Source: Klebsiella phage Miami
Sequence record: MT701590.1
Length of the DNA stretch: 64,000 nucleotides
Strand: one strand, 5' to 3'
Part shown: in pieces, positions 1 through 8,975 of the stretch
Numbering within the stretch: position 1 is the stretch's first letter
How the letters are laid out: every line of letters starts with the position of its first letter
Translations under genes and position numbers: made by a program
Notes under the pieces: model-generated
Seen by the model: only the letters and a program-made list of their open reading frames with translations
Told to the model about the DNA's origin: nothing
Database searches by the model: none

Positions 1-14
1 AATAGGAGTTAACC

Positions 15-1565
15 GTGCGTAAGACGGTGGTCATTAACAAAGCGCACAATTACCTCAGAATAACGGATTATTCTGAGGAGTTTGTGAACAGAGTGATAAT
101 GCCGTTCTGTCGACGGTATCTTTATAAGTACGCGAAAAAACCCATTCCAGGAACAAGAAAAACTCAGAGTTACGTGAGTCATGTGTTCGCTCGTATGAAT
201 AATGACAAAACGGAATTCCGTATATCCGCGGGTCTTCTAAAAGAATTCCTGAGTTTTATGGAATATTGCGGGTACGCACCTAACAGGGCGCTTGTGCTCG
301 ATGAACCAGAAATCGTTCCGACGAGAGTACAGTTCGAATGGAATAAAGGATGGGGTGGGTATAAACCAGGGAGTGAACAAGAACAGAAGGAATGGTGTGA
401 TTACCAGATTGCTGACGGACCCATAAAAGTCAACAACGCCGGAACAGGTGTGGGTAAGAGCTTTTGTGCAACCAAGCTCATGGTCGACATGGGGGTTCGT
501 GGGCTGATAACAGCATTACCTCGTTATATACCGATATGGTCCAAATGCCTGTTTCAATATTTGAAACTCTCGGTTGAAGACGTAGTCTATGTTGAATCTG
601 GCGGGCTTGAGGAGTTAGCCGAAAACATTCAGAAGGGAATCATTAATCCCAAAATTATCATTCTCCCGTTAACCAGGATTGACTCGCACTATAAACGGAT
701 GAGGGAAGATGATACCGTTCCTGACTTAGATGAACTCTACGCTAAGATGGGAATCGGGTTGAGGATCATGGATGAAGGGCATGAATCTGTTTATCAGGTT
801 TACATGTCCATGCTTTACGGTAATTTCTCCAAGACCCTGGCGTTGTCAGCAACCCTGAAAGCCGATGATGCTTTACAGAACCGTATCTATTCGTACATCT
901 ATCCTCAAAGCATCCGCTTGAAGGACGGGGAATCGAAGAAATACATCGATGTTTATGCTTACCATCACTGGATTGACATTAGGAAGTTCAGGATTAACCC
1001 CAGAGGATTTGGGGGGTATAACCACGTGAAGTTCGAACAAGGGATTATGAAGTCCCCTTACCTGCTCGGTAGGTATTACGAACTCTGTAAACAGGCGTTT
1101 GAAGAGTTTTATGTCAAAGACTTGTTACCCGAGCAAAAAGCCCTCTGGTTCTTTGCGACAGTAGAAATGTGCGTCAACATGTTGGAGTTCTTTAAAAGGG
1201 ACTACCCGGAAATGGATTTCGGGAAATACACCAACGAGGAATCGTCTAAGGCAGATACCAAGGATAATTACCTCAAGCACCAAGTCTTGATTACTACTCC
1301 TCAGAGTTGCAGCACCGGTAAAGATATTGAGAAACTCTACGTTGCGTTTAGTCCCTATGCGGTTTCTTCTAAACAGCGTAACGCTCAGTCATTAGGGCGT
1401 TTAAGGGAAATAACGAAATGGTGGCCCGATCTTTCTCCTAAGTACGTTTACTTCGTTTGTCAGAACGTAGACAAGCAAGTTGACTACCATCGCAAGCGAA
1501 TGGAGGAGTTCGCCAATAAAGCGAAGAGCATTACCAATATCAATAGCGGGCATTCCATTCCTTAG
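15..1565 (+). CDS. SF2 (DExH-type) helicase
   Basis: GTG start at 15 with AGGAG RBS 6 nt upstream. Walker A 'AGTGVGKS', motif II 'MDEGHE', motif III-like 'LSATL', motif VI-like 'QSLGRLRE'. 516 aa. Confidence 0.6.
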   Translation: MRKTVVINKAHNYLRITDYSEEFVNRVIMPFCRRYLYKYAKKPIPGTRKTQSYVSHVFARMNNDKTEFRISAGLLKEFLSFMEYCGYAPNRALVLDEPEIVPTRVQFEWNKGWGGYKPGSEQEQKEWCDYQIADGPIKVNNAGTGVGKSFCATKLMVDMGVRGLITALPRYIPIWSKCLFQYLKLSVEDVVYVESGGLEELAENIQKGIINPKIIILPLTRIDSHYKRMREDDTVPDLDELYAKMGIGLRIMDEGHESVYQVYMSMLYGNFSKTLALSATLKADDALQNRIYSYIYPQSIRLKDGESKKYIDVYAYHHWIDIRKFRINPRGFGGYNHVKFEQGIMKSPYLLGRYYELCKQAFEEFYVKDLLPEQKALWFFATVEMCVNMLEFFKRDYPEMDFGKYTNEESSKADTKDNYLKHQVLITTPQSCSTGKDIEKLYVAFSPYAVSSKQRNAQSLGRLREITKWWPDLSPKYVYFVCQNVDKQVDYHRKRMEEFANKAKSITNINSGHSIP

Positions 1566-1657
1566 AATTTTTCAGTACTAAATTATGACTAGGTCAAGAG
1601 CTGGGGGTTTCCTCAGCTCCCACCTATTATGCATTTACAAATTTAGGAGGAACGACT

Positions 1658-2107
1658 ATGCGTTCCGTCATGATCATAAGAACCGGAAAGGAGATCGAAC
1701 CCTTTGCATTGGAAGCCTTGATCGCGGGCATTTTGGACTACACGGCGCATCAGAAACTTGAAGATGCGTATGAGATCATGGACTCTTTACTGTCGAACAT
1801 TGTCACGGATAGTTTGGACGAACTTAATGACAAAATGCTCGAACCCACCACTCGACCTCTTTCCATATACGAGAAGGAAAAATATCAGCATTATTTGAAC
1901 GAAAAGAAGAACGAACGTTATATTCGTTTCTTCCAATTACGTCAGCGTACTCTGAGCGCTTTCTCGACGTTTCTTGAAAACTTTAACGACCCCATCCTAT
2001 CTATGTCTAAAGGTAATAATCTTTTACCCAAGTTGGAAGCCGAACGAAATAATATTTTGTTCGTCTCATTAGAGCAGAAGAAGAATGGAACCAAAACAAA
2101 ACAATAG
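1658..2107 (+). CDS. hypothetical early protein
   Basis: ATG preceded by strong AGGAGG RBS. 149 aa. No recognisable motif. Confidence 0.45.
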   Translation: MRSVMIIRTGKEIEPFALEALIAGILDYTAHQKLEDAYEIMDSLLSNIVTDSLDELNDKMLEPTTRPLSIYEKEKYQHYLNEKKNERYIRFFQLRQRTLSAFSTFLENFNDPILSMSKGNNLLPKLEAERNNILFVSLEQKKNGTKTKQ

Positions 2108-2483
2108 CCTGATTTCGGTATTGCGATCTCGCTCCAATTATTCTGAGGAAGGAGGCTTGGTAGCTGGAGAATATCTGGCGGATTATTTTGAAAACGCCAT
2201 TATTCAAGAGCATATGGATTTGGGTTATTTAAGAAACATGTGTTATGAACAGGCGTTAATGGGTAACAGGTCATTAACAAAACCGGGCTGGATGCATCCA
2301 GCCCTCTCTTACGACGCAAGTGACGTCTGTGACGATTTATTTACAGAAGCGATGGAAATACTCGCCGAAGTTAATAATGACGTCACAGAGGCTCTGAATT
2401 GCATTAATTCGATTTCCTTTAAACGTACTTCCCGGCTCCTCTTTAGTACCGGAAGTGTAATTATGATAAAAACCCAATGGTAA
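2085..2483 (+). CDS. hypothetical protein
   Basis: 132-aa ORF overlapping the upstream gene end. Tight packing typical of a phage early operon. Confidence 0.4.
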   Translation: MEPKQNNSLISVLRSRSNYSEEGGLVAGEYLADYFENAIIQEHMDLGYLRNMCYEQALMGNRSLTKPGWMHPALSYDASDVCDDLFTEAMEILAEVNNDVTEALNCINSISFKRTSRLLFSTGSVIMIKTQW

Positions 2484-2848
2484 ACAGAATAAGAAGTTTG
2501 GTTAGGGTCAGTGTCCCGGCAGACATCCCCTGGGCTTCTGATTCGAGGTTGTACCACGCCAGCGCACTTTTCTTTGAACGCTGGATTTACTATGGTGATT
2601 TCTCTCCTGAAGCTTACGACGAACTCTTTATCGATGTCGAATCTTTATTTGAGAAATTGCCGAAAAAAGATATCAATGAGATGTTCGATGAATGTTTGCT
2701 CTTAGTGGAAAACATTCGTAATGACGAAATTAACAGTGAAGTGAAAGATCTTATTGAGGGCAGTCGTTTTAAGGTATCGGTTGAGGGCACTAAGCTCATC
2801 AATTGGGATCATCAACGCTTTTTAATCTTAGTGGAAACTTTAACATGA
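2477..2848 (+). CDS. hypothetical protein
   Basis: 123-aa ORF. Its stop overlaps the next start (ATGA). Confidence 0.4.
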   Translation: MVNRIRSLVRVSVPADIPWASDSRLYHASALFFERWIYYGDFSPEAYDELFIDVESLFEKLPKKDINEMFDECLLLVENIRNDEINSEVKDLIEGSRFKVSVEGTKLINWDHQRFLILVETLT

Positions 2849-3297
2849 GTAGAAAATCTATTGTACTGCGTCTTCCGGCTTCAACTGTTGCCGACCTTAA
2901 GGAATTCGACGAAGAAGCACAACTTCTTATTCTCACAGCATGCCTCTCACTCGCCAAACGACCCACTCAGGAACCCGTTAAGGAAGACGAAGACACCGAT
3001 CCTCGCTCCATCATCTCCAAAGAGGTCGATGATATTCTCGACACCATCGACGATAACTTCGAAGAGGCTGACGACGGCGACGAGGATGAGGAATCTTCTG
3101 AAAACCGTAAAGATGAGCAGCGCACAGTGATCCATCAGCAAATGGCAGACTTTATTGAAGAGTTTGTTGGGTTACTGGTTGATCCGGAAACTGAGAATTA
3201 TGGCGTTTTCAGCGCCATCGTTATGGACGATCTCAACACACCTATCAGCTGGGCTGCTGATGACAAAACTGGTCTGACCACGATTGTATACGGCTGA
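2845..3297 (+). CDS. hypothetical protein with ribbon-helix-helix-like N-terminus and strongly acidic tail
   Basis: Start chosen at the ATGA overlap (MSRKSIVLRLPASTVADLKEFDEE..). Beta-strand/helix pattern resembles RHH (Arc/CopG) fold. D/E-rich segment 'EDEDTDP..EEADDGDEDEESSE'. Followed by a terminator. Confidence 0.4.
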   Translation: MSRKSIVLRLPASTVADLKEFDEEAQLLILTACLSLAKRPTQEPVKEDEDTDPRSIISKEVDDILDTIDDNFEEADDGDEDEESSENRKDEQRTVIHQQMADFIEEFVGLLVDPETENYGVFSAIVMDDLNTPISWAADDKTGLTTIVYG

Positions 3298-3301
3298 CAG
3301 T

Positions 3302-3352
3302 AATCCTCCTACCCCAATGGGGTAGGAGGATTAGCAAGTCTATTTTTTTTTT
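3302..3352. terminator. bidirectional rho-independent terminator
   Basis: Hairpin AATCCTCCTACCCC-aatg-GGGTAGGAGGATT followed by an 11-T run. Sits between convergent genes. Confidence 0.65.
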
Positions 3353-4645
3353 CTAGAAAAGTGAATCGTAAAGATTAAGTACGGTTGTTTCTACTTTAGA
3401 AACGTGGGCGTTTTTCATCTTAGTTAACATAAACCGGGTTGGGATGTTAACAACTTCACTACTTAAACGGCTGGCTGATTTACCCAAAGAAACCCCGCAA
3501 CAAACCTTGCAGTGGTTATCTTCTTTTGTCTGACAGAGATAAGGAACGCGCATCTTAACCGTACTACCTATCATTTCGGTCTCAGTGCCTTCCAGAACGG
3601 TCGGTTTACCATTCTTAAGGTAATATCCCCCCTTCCAGTTCTTGAGGCTGTAAGGGTCGATATAGACGTCCTCTGTATAGGTTGTTCCGCAATCGTCTTC
3701 AGCTACAACGATTCGTGAGGTTAACCGCATCAGTTCTTTAACCCCTGCGCCACCTTCACCCGTTGCCTTACCACGGTCATAGGACGCGGAAACTGCGGTA
3801 TTGATGTAGTGGGTGATTTGGTCGTAATTCCAAATCTCATTAAGGGGTTGTTTTATCAGAATAAACTCACCCGTGTTAAAGTCCCTTTCCAGACCAAAGA
3901 CCAGGAACATTTTCTTACGGGCGTTATCGATAAATTTCTTATCAATGAAGAAATCAGAAGAAGCGCCGTTCAATTGCTCTTCCATGTCGAGGTCTACGAT
4001 CTGTTTGATGATGTTCGCTGCGACAATGGGGTCGTTTAACTCATGGGCGTGTTCTTTAAACAATCTCTCCCTTAGTGCAATGACCGCTTTACTTACGGTA
4101 ACCGCTTGGATGCTTCCGGCTTTAGTAAAGATGTCATTTAAACCCATCAGATAGTTGGCTTGTTTAGTAAGCTTAAGACACTCGGTCACGCTTGCTTTAC
4201 CAGCCGGTATCTCTTCGCCTGGCTGAGGGTCGTCTACCATTAATTCGGCGATGACGTCTTCAACTAATCTACCGGTTATGAGTTTATTGTGATACGGAGT
4301 CCGGTTTTGGAATACTTCCCAGAAAAGACATCTGTTAAGCAACAAGATCCCCATTGTGGTGGTAATGCTCCCCTCAATACTCGGGTGCCATTTATTATCT
4401 ATCACCAGCTTTTCGTGTTTATAGAAAAGAGGGTACGCGAGATCCCCTTCTATTTCTATCGTGTCCCCATCGTCGTTATAACACCAAAGTCCGTTGGGAC
4501 TGCGATGAAGGAGCCAGGGGGTTTTACCTAACAGAGTCTCGTTTTTTTCATTATCAGTAAGAACGGAGAAGGTGCTCAGTATCCAGAGTTTCTTTTGATA
4601 CATACGCCTTTCAAAACACTGGAAGAGATAATCGATCTTATTCAT
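3353..4645 (-). CDS. hypothetical protein with C-terminal Cys cluster
   Basis: 430-aa ORF. 'CQTKEDNHCKVCCG' possible zinc-binding cluster near the C-terminus. Start overlaps the stop of the upstream gene. Confidence 0.5.
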   Translation of the reverse strand: MNKIDYLFQCFERRMYQKKLWILSTFSVLTDNEKNETLLGKTPWLLHRSPNGLWCYNDDGDTIEIEGDLAYPLFYKHEKLVIDNKWHPSIEGSITTTMGILLLNRCLFWEVFQNRTPYHNKLITGRLVEDVIAELMVDDPQPGEEIPAGKASVTECLKLTKQANYLMGLNDIFTKAGSIQAVTVSKAVIALRERLFKEHAHELNDPIVAANIIKQIVDLDMEEQLNGASSDFFIDKKFIDNARKKMFLVFGLERDFNTGEFILIKQPLNEIWNYDQITHYINTAVSASYDRGKATGEGGAGVKELMRLTSRIVVAEDDCGTTYTEDVYIDPYSLKNWKGGYYLKNGKPTVLEGTETEMIGSTVKMRVPYLCQTKEDNHCKVCCGVSLGKSASRLSSEVVNIPTRFMLTKMKNAHVSKVETTVLNLYDSLF

Positions 4646-5522
4646 TGGTTAACCCCAGTTTTTTCACTAATCCGTCAGCGTAGTACAGGCTTTCCACATC
4701 AGAGAAATCTTCTCCTAAGCGAGCAGAGAGTTTATCGAGGAAACTCTCGTTGGTAATCCCGCTGCACAGCATCAAACAAATGATCTCTTTAATGTATTTT
4801 TTAGGTTCGTTTTCTTTCATCTCGTTGAGGCGGTCAAGATAATATTTATAAATGACCAACCACCCGATTCCTAATTTGCCTGCGCTAACTACGTGTTCCC
4901 ACGCCAACGTTCCGCGTAAGAATTCTTTATTACCCCTGACTCGGTCGCTGACGTATTGAGGGACTTCGACGTCAGCATCAGGGTTAATCAACGACGTCCT
5001 TAAAACTTCTAACAGATGTTCAGAGACGTCAGAGATAATCATTTCGTACAGGCTGGTGTCCTCCAGATCAAGGAGCTTTTCGATCACCGCTATGAAACGA
5101 TCTTTTGTTTCTAAGTCGGTCGCTTCCAAAATAACACTAAGGGACAGAAGGTCCTCGTAACCATCAAGAATATAGGCGACGTCGATGATATTAGTAAGCA
5201 AGGGAAGATGATCTATGGTGATCTGATCTTTATCAATCTCAACGCCAAGTTCTGTGATGATTTGAATACTATTAGCGATGAGGATATCCCTTATAGCGTT
5301 AGTCTGTTCAATGACAGTCATTCCTTCGTCAATGAGTATTTCCAGGATTTGACTTTGTACGGTTGTTTCTTCCTGACTAATCGCAATTAAATTATACGCT
5401 TTATCGAATGTATTGAAATTAAATTCGGTAATAGATTTAGCAAAGGCCAACCAGGTTTCTCCTAACTCAGATGTCAGGATACTGGCTTCAGTGAGGTCTA
5501 TTGCTCGTTTTTCAAAAATCAT
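4638..5522 (-). CDS. hypothetical protein
   Basis: 294-aa ORF, translationally coupled to the downstream gene (overlap 4638-4645). Confidence 0.5.
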   Translation of the reverse strand: MIFEKRAIDLTEASILTSELGETWLAFAKSITEFNFNTFDKAYNLIAISQEETTVQSQILEILIDEGMTVIEQTNAIRDILIANSIQIITELGVEIDKDQITIDHLPLLTNIIDVAYILDGYEDLLSLSVILEATDLETKDRFIAVIEKLLDLEDTSLYEMIISDVSEHLLEVLRTSLINPDADVEVPQYVSDRVRGNKEFLRGTLAWEHVVSAGKLGIGWLVIYKYYLDRLNEMKENEPKKYIKEIICLMLCSGITNESFLDKLSARLGEDFSDVESLYYADGLVKKLGLTNE

Positions 5523-5565
5523 GGTTTAACCCCTGCTAAAGGTCGTGGGTAATAGGAGACATAAA

Positions 5566-6273
5566 ATGCGTAGTAGCCAGCAGAAAGCCAAGGCTAGTCA
5601 AAAGAAAGCGATCAAAAATACTCAGCGCAAGAAAAACTGCAGCGGAAAGAAGATCGTTTTAACTAAGAAGCAGAAAGAAAGGAAAATGATTGAAACGGTC
5701 ACTGCTATGGCGAAAGCCGGGGACGTCTCCAGTGTTCAATTACTGGCTGCTGCCAGCGCCAAAGCTAAGGGTGTTAAATCGGGAGAGCTTAAGACCAAGC
5801 AGCTTATCGAGCTGGTAGATGAAAATATTCAACAGCTCATTATCTCTCACGCTCTTGTGGAAGGCATTGCCGAATGTTTAGATGAAGGACTTATCGAAGA
5901 TCCTGATAATTCCATCTCTGATAAAGTCAAAGAATGCGACGAATTGACTGTGCGTTGGATGGAAGACGCTAACGCCGTTATTGCGCTCAGCCACACCGAA
6001 CTCATTCCGGAAGATTACGTCGATATGGCCATTAGCTTTATGGCCAGCACTATCGGTATCATGTCCGATAGCTACCCTCGACTCATCGAATTAACCGAAG
6101 ATATGAAATCAGTCATTAATAAGAAAATGGCTGAGATCATCGATGCGGTGAAAGCTGACTATCCGGAAGCTACTGAATTCGAACAGGTCTCCAAAATTCA
6201 CCAGAAACGGATGATGAAAATCATGCCGCTTTACGGGACCCCAGCGCCTGTAGAAGAAACTGAAACCGTTTAA
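5566..6273 (+). CDS. hypothetical protein with highly basic N-terminus
   Basis: ATG at 5566 with AGGAG RBS 7 nt upstream. The track ORF begins at GTG 5545. N-terminal ~45 aa Lys/Arg-rich, followed by an acidic domain. Confidence 0.5.
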   Translation: MRSSQQKAKASQKKAIKNTQRKKNCSGKKIVLTKKQKERKMIETVTAMAKAGDVSSVQLLAAASAKAKGVKSGELKTKQLIELVDENIQQLIISHALVEGIAECLDEGLIEDPDNSISDKVKECDELTVRWMEDANAVIALSHTELIPEDYVDMAISFMASTIGIMSDSYPRLIELTEDMKSVINKKMAEIIDAVKADYPEATEFEQVSKIHQKRMMKIMPLYGTPAPVEETETV

Positions 6274-6290
6274 TCATAGGACCGATATTT

Positions 6291-7907
6291 ATGTCTGAAG
6301 AAAACAACATTCCGGCCCAAGGGACGGCGCACGACAAGAACAACCACACGATGAGTCAGTTCCAGGAACCCAAAGATCTCAAGTTGGGGGTGTTCGATCC
6401 AAAAGAAGATAATAATTTCATTAAGGTCTTCTTAGGCGTTGACTCAGAAGAGTACAAGAAACTCTCTGGGCTTATCTCAAGATGGCTGGAGTACAACTTC
6501 GTCCTCAACGAACCCAATGCCAAACCGGCTCAGATTAACGCGGTTAAAGATAAATACTTCGGGTATCTTAAAGAACAGTACCCGAACAAAACAGAAGAAG
6601 AAGTTAACGAGCTGGCTCAGTCATACTACAGCTTCGCAACCAACTTCACTGAAAATCTGTACCGCCGGAACGAAACCGTTAATGGGGCTAAAACGACTAA
6701 CGTCTCTTTAAAAGCCCAGGGTATCGTCGAGGGAGACATCGTTGGTCGTGCGCCAGGGTTGGGTAAAAAGCTCCCTATGCGCGATATGATGCGCCGCCAT
6801 TTCCGTCGCACCACTAACGAAGCGGAAAACTTCGACGTTCTCCTGCGTAACTCATTTATTCAGTTACGTATTTCTCGCCCAACCATTCTGGAACTGGGGC
6901 GTCTGCTGGAAGACATTCAGCTCGAAGTGAAAAACTACGTTCGTCAGGTTAATGGTAACTCATTAACTCTCGCTCGTATTTCTATCGCTCGGGTTATTTG
7001 GAAATTCGTTTCTGATCGCATCGTATCCTGCTCCGTCAAAGATACCGACGATTATTACGATCTCGCTAACAACATCCTTTGGAGTGACTTTGGTGCGCTT
7101 TGCATCTCGTTACTTTCCGCATCGTCGTCTAAGGGTGTGAATTTCCAACTCGAGTGTCTTGCGAACAACTGCGACTGGGAAGAGTATCAGGTTATTGATC
7201 CTTCTCTCTTGCTTCGTCCTATTCCTGAGAATCTTTCAGAAGAGCAGTCTATCGCTCTGGGTAATATCGTTAACGGGGTTCAGCGTTATTCCCGTGAAGA
7301 GATTACCAAGCTTCAGAATAAGACCAAGTACGATTTCGATACCAAATTGATGTTCGACGAAGGCCGGCAGTATTTCGAAATCGCTCCTCCAACGCTGTCT
7401 GTTGCGTTTGAAACCTTCGACATGTTCGTCGATAAAGTCATCCCTTCGATTCAGCAATTGCGCGCTAACACCATCAACGATCAGGAGTATGCCGTTGCTC
7501 TGGCTAACCTCATCCAGAGTATCGCCGGTAGCGAATACGCCCATTGGGTTAAATCCTACGTGATTAACCCGGAGAGCGGCACAGACGGCGCACCTACTAA
7601 GTATGATCGTTTAGGTGAAGGTGGGTCTCGTGAGTTTAATGAAGGTCTCTTTGATATCCTCGATAGCGATGTTGAACTTTCCCAAGAACTCATCAAAAAG
7701 ATCAACCGTATCGGTCCATCGATGACACTCACCATCATCGGGGTGCCGAACTATCATTGCCCTCGTTGCGCGAAATCAAGTTCTGAAAGCGGTATCACTT
7801 ATAAAGGCATCACCCCTATCGATCCGCTTATGGCTTTTTTTACCCTAACCCAGTTGATGTTTATGGATCGGGTGGTGAATCTAAGCGGTCTCGACGCAAC
7901 CCCTTAG
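6291..7907 (+). CDS. hypothetical protein
   Basis: 538-aa ORF. C-terminal 'CPRCAK' possible metal-binding pair. Confidence 0.5.
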   Translation: MSEENNIPAQGTAHDKNNHTMSQFQEPKDLKLGVFDPKEDNNFIKVFLGVDSEEYKKLSGLISRWLEYNFVLNEPNAKPAQINAVKDKYFGYLKEQYPNKTEEEVNELAQSYYSFATNFTENLYRRNETVNGAKTTNVSLKAQGIVEGDIVGRAPGLGKKLPMRDMMRRHFRRTTNEAENFDVLLRNSFIQLRISRPTILELGRLLEDIQLEVKNYVRQVNGNSLTLARISIARVIWKFVSDRIVSCSVKDTDDYYDLANNILWSDFGALCISLLSASSSKGVNFQLECLANNCDWEEYQVIDPSLLLRPIPENLSEEQSIALGNIVNGVQRYSREEITKLQNKTKYDFDTKLMFDEGRQYFEIAPPTLSVAFETFDMFVDKVIPSIQQLRANTINDQEYAVALANLIQSIAGSEYAHWVKSYVINPESGTDGAPTKYDRLGEGGSREFNEGLFDILDSDVELSQELIKKINRIGPSMTLTIIGVPNYHCPRCAKSSSESGITYKGITPIDPLMAFFTLTQLMFMDRVVNLSGLDATP

Positions 7908-7954
7908 AGCTAACTACCTTTACTAACTCGCCTGATTATCTGCAGGCGAGTAAA

Positions 7955-8344
7955 ATGTTCTTAGGGAAGTCTATTAAAACGATCACCCGCACAGAACTCA
8001 ACGTCATCGATAGCAAATTAAATCGTATCGGCATGGGGTATGTGGGGCTGAGTAAAATGACTCCCTTCGATCCTATCAGTTGGGTAGAGGAAGAGCATGA
8101 GTATACTCACCCGTTCAGTCTTCAACGTCGCTTTTACGACTACGGTTATTTCCGCCTAAAAGAAATCTTTACGTTAAACGAATACTTAAACATGGAAGCT
8201 TACCTTTTGGATAAGGCGATGAAGTACATTCGTTTAGGGGCCGATTCCAGATTAAAAGATGAAATCAGGCTCAATAAAGATAAAGCTGAGCCGGAAGCCA
8301 GTGAGGTCGAAAAAGTCATGAAAAACCTATTAGGTAAAGGATAG
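7955..8344 (+). CDS. hypothetical protein
   Basis: 129-aa ORF. Preceded by hairpin TCGCCTG..CAGGCGA. Confidence 0.4.
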   Translation: MFLGKSIKTITRTELNVIDSKLNRIGMGYVGLSKMTPFDPISWVEEEHEYTHPFSLQRRFYDYGYFRLKEIFTLNEYLNMEAYLLDKAMKYIRLGADSRLKDEIRLNKDKAEPEASEVEKVMKNLLGKG

Positions 8345-8349
8345 CGATT

Positions 8350-8931
8350 ATGTCTTATTCCAAACCTTCAAGTACTTCTATCACGCCAACCAATAAGGTG
8401 ATCGAAGAAACCGAAGAAGCCGTTCAGCAACAAATCACCTTAGAAAAAGAAAATGTCCCTACCGTCGTCCTTGCCAGTGAGATGGTAGGTTCTAAAAGCA
8501 ACGCAGTTACTGACGTTTTCGTAGAGGCCCTGACGCGCTATAAAAACGTATTAGCCGGTAACCTTGTTCTTAACAAATCCCAGCTCAAAGAAGAGCAGGC
8601 TGCGTTTATGAACACAGTGAGTAACACGATGAATCTTGAGTTTAAAGATTACGTGTTAACCACCGATGCGTTGGTTCTTTTAATGCGTGATAACAAAGAA
8701 GCCTTCAACGAAAAGCGTCTGTACGAACTGTTTTATTATGTTCAAGGCGACTATTCTAAGAAGGCGGCTGAACGTTACATGCGTTACATGTCGGCTCTGT
8801 ACACCCTGTCCCAAAACCTTCGTAACCGTTCTCGAATCGGTAAGATGGTGGACATTGTCAGTCTTTCCTCTGGCTATACAACTAAAGCTGCTACGAATAT
8901 CCAGAATTACTTCAACCGTAATTACGGTTAA
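8350..8931 (+). CDS. hypothetical protein
   Basis: 193-aa ORF, followed by a terminator. Confidence 0.45.
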   Translation: MSYSKPSSTSITPTNKVIEETEEAVQQQITLEKENVPTVVLASEMVGSKSNAVTDVFVEALTRYKNVLAGNLVLNKSQLKEEQAAFMNTVSNTMNLEFKDYVLTTDALVLLMRDNKEAFNEKRLYELFYYVQGDYSKKAAERYMRYMSALYTLSQNLRNRSRIGKMVDIVSLSSGYTTKAATNIQNYFNRNYG

Positions 8932-8935
8932 TACT

Positions 8936-8975
8936 ACTCCTACTACTCCTACCGCCTTGGCGGTAGGAGTAGTAT
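8936..8975. terminator. bidirectional terminator
   Basis: Hairpin TACTCCTACCGCC-tt-GGCGGTAGGAGTA between convergent genes. Confidence 0.55.

Noticed and set aside
1645-1660. 14-nt exact repeat GAGGAACGACTATG at two start codons (1645-1660 and 18689-18703), considered as a conserved translation-initiation or promoter element
   Set aside because: A 14-mer recurring once or twice in 64 kb on two strands is close to chance expectation, and most of it is just a Shine-Dalgarno plus ATG. Not enough to call a motif without a genome-wide count.
3353-4645. Considered calling this, 14726-17641, or 46076-49042 fragments of a split multisubunit virion RNA polymerase (beta/beta')
   Set aside because: Could not find the diagnostic motifs (NADFDGD, beta-subunit GDK or flap signatures). 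The Cys cluster alone is insufficient. Left as hypothetical.
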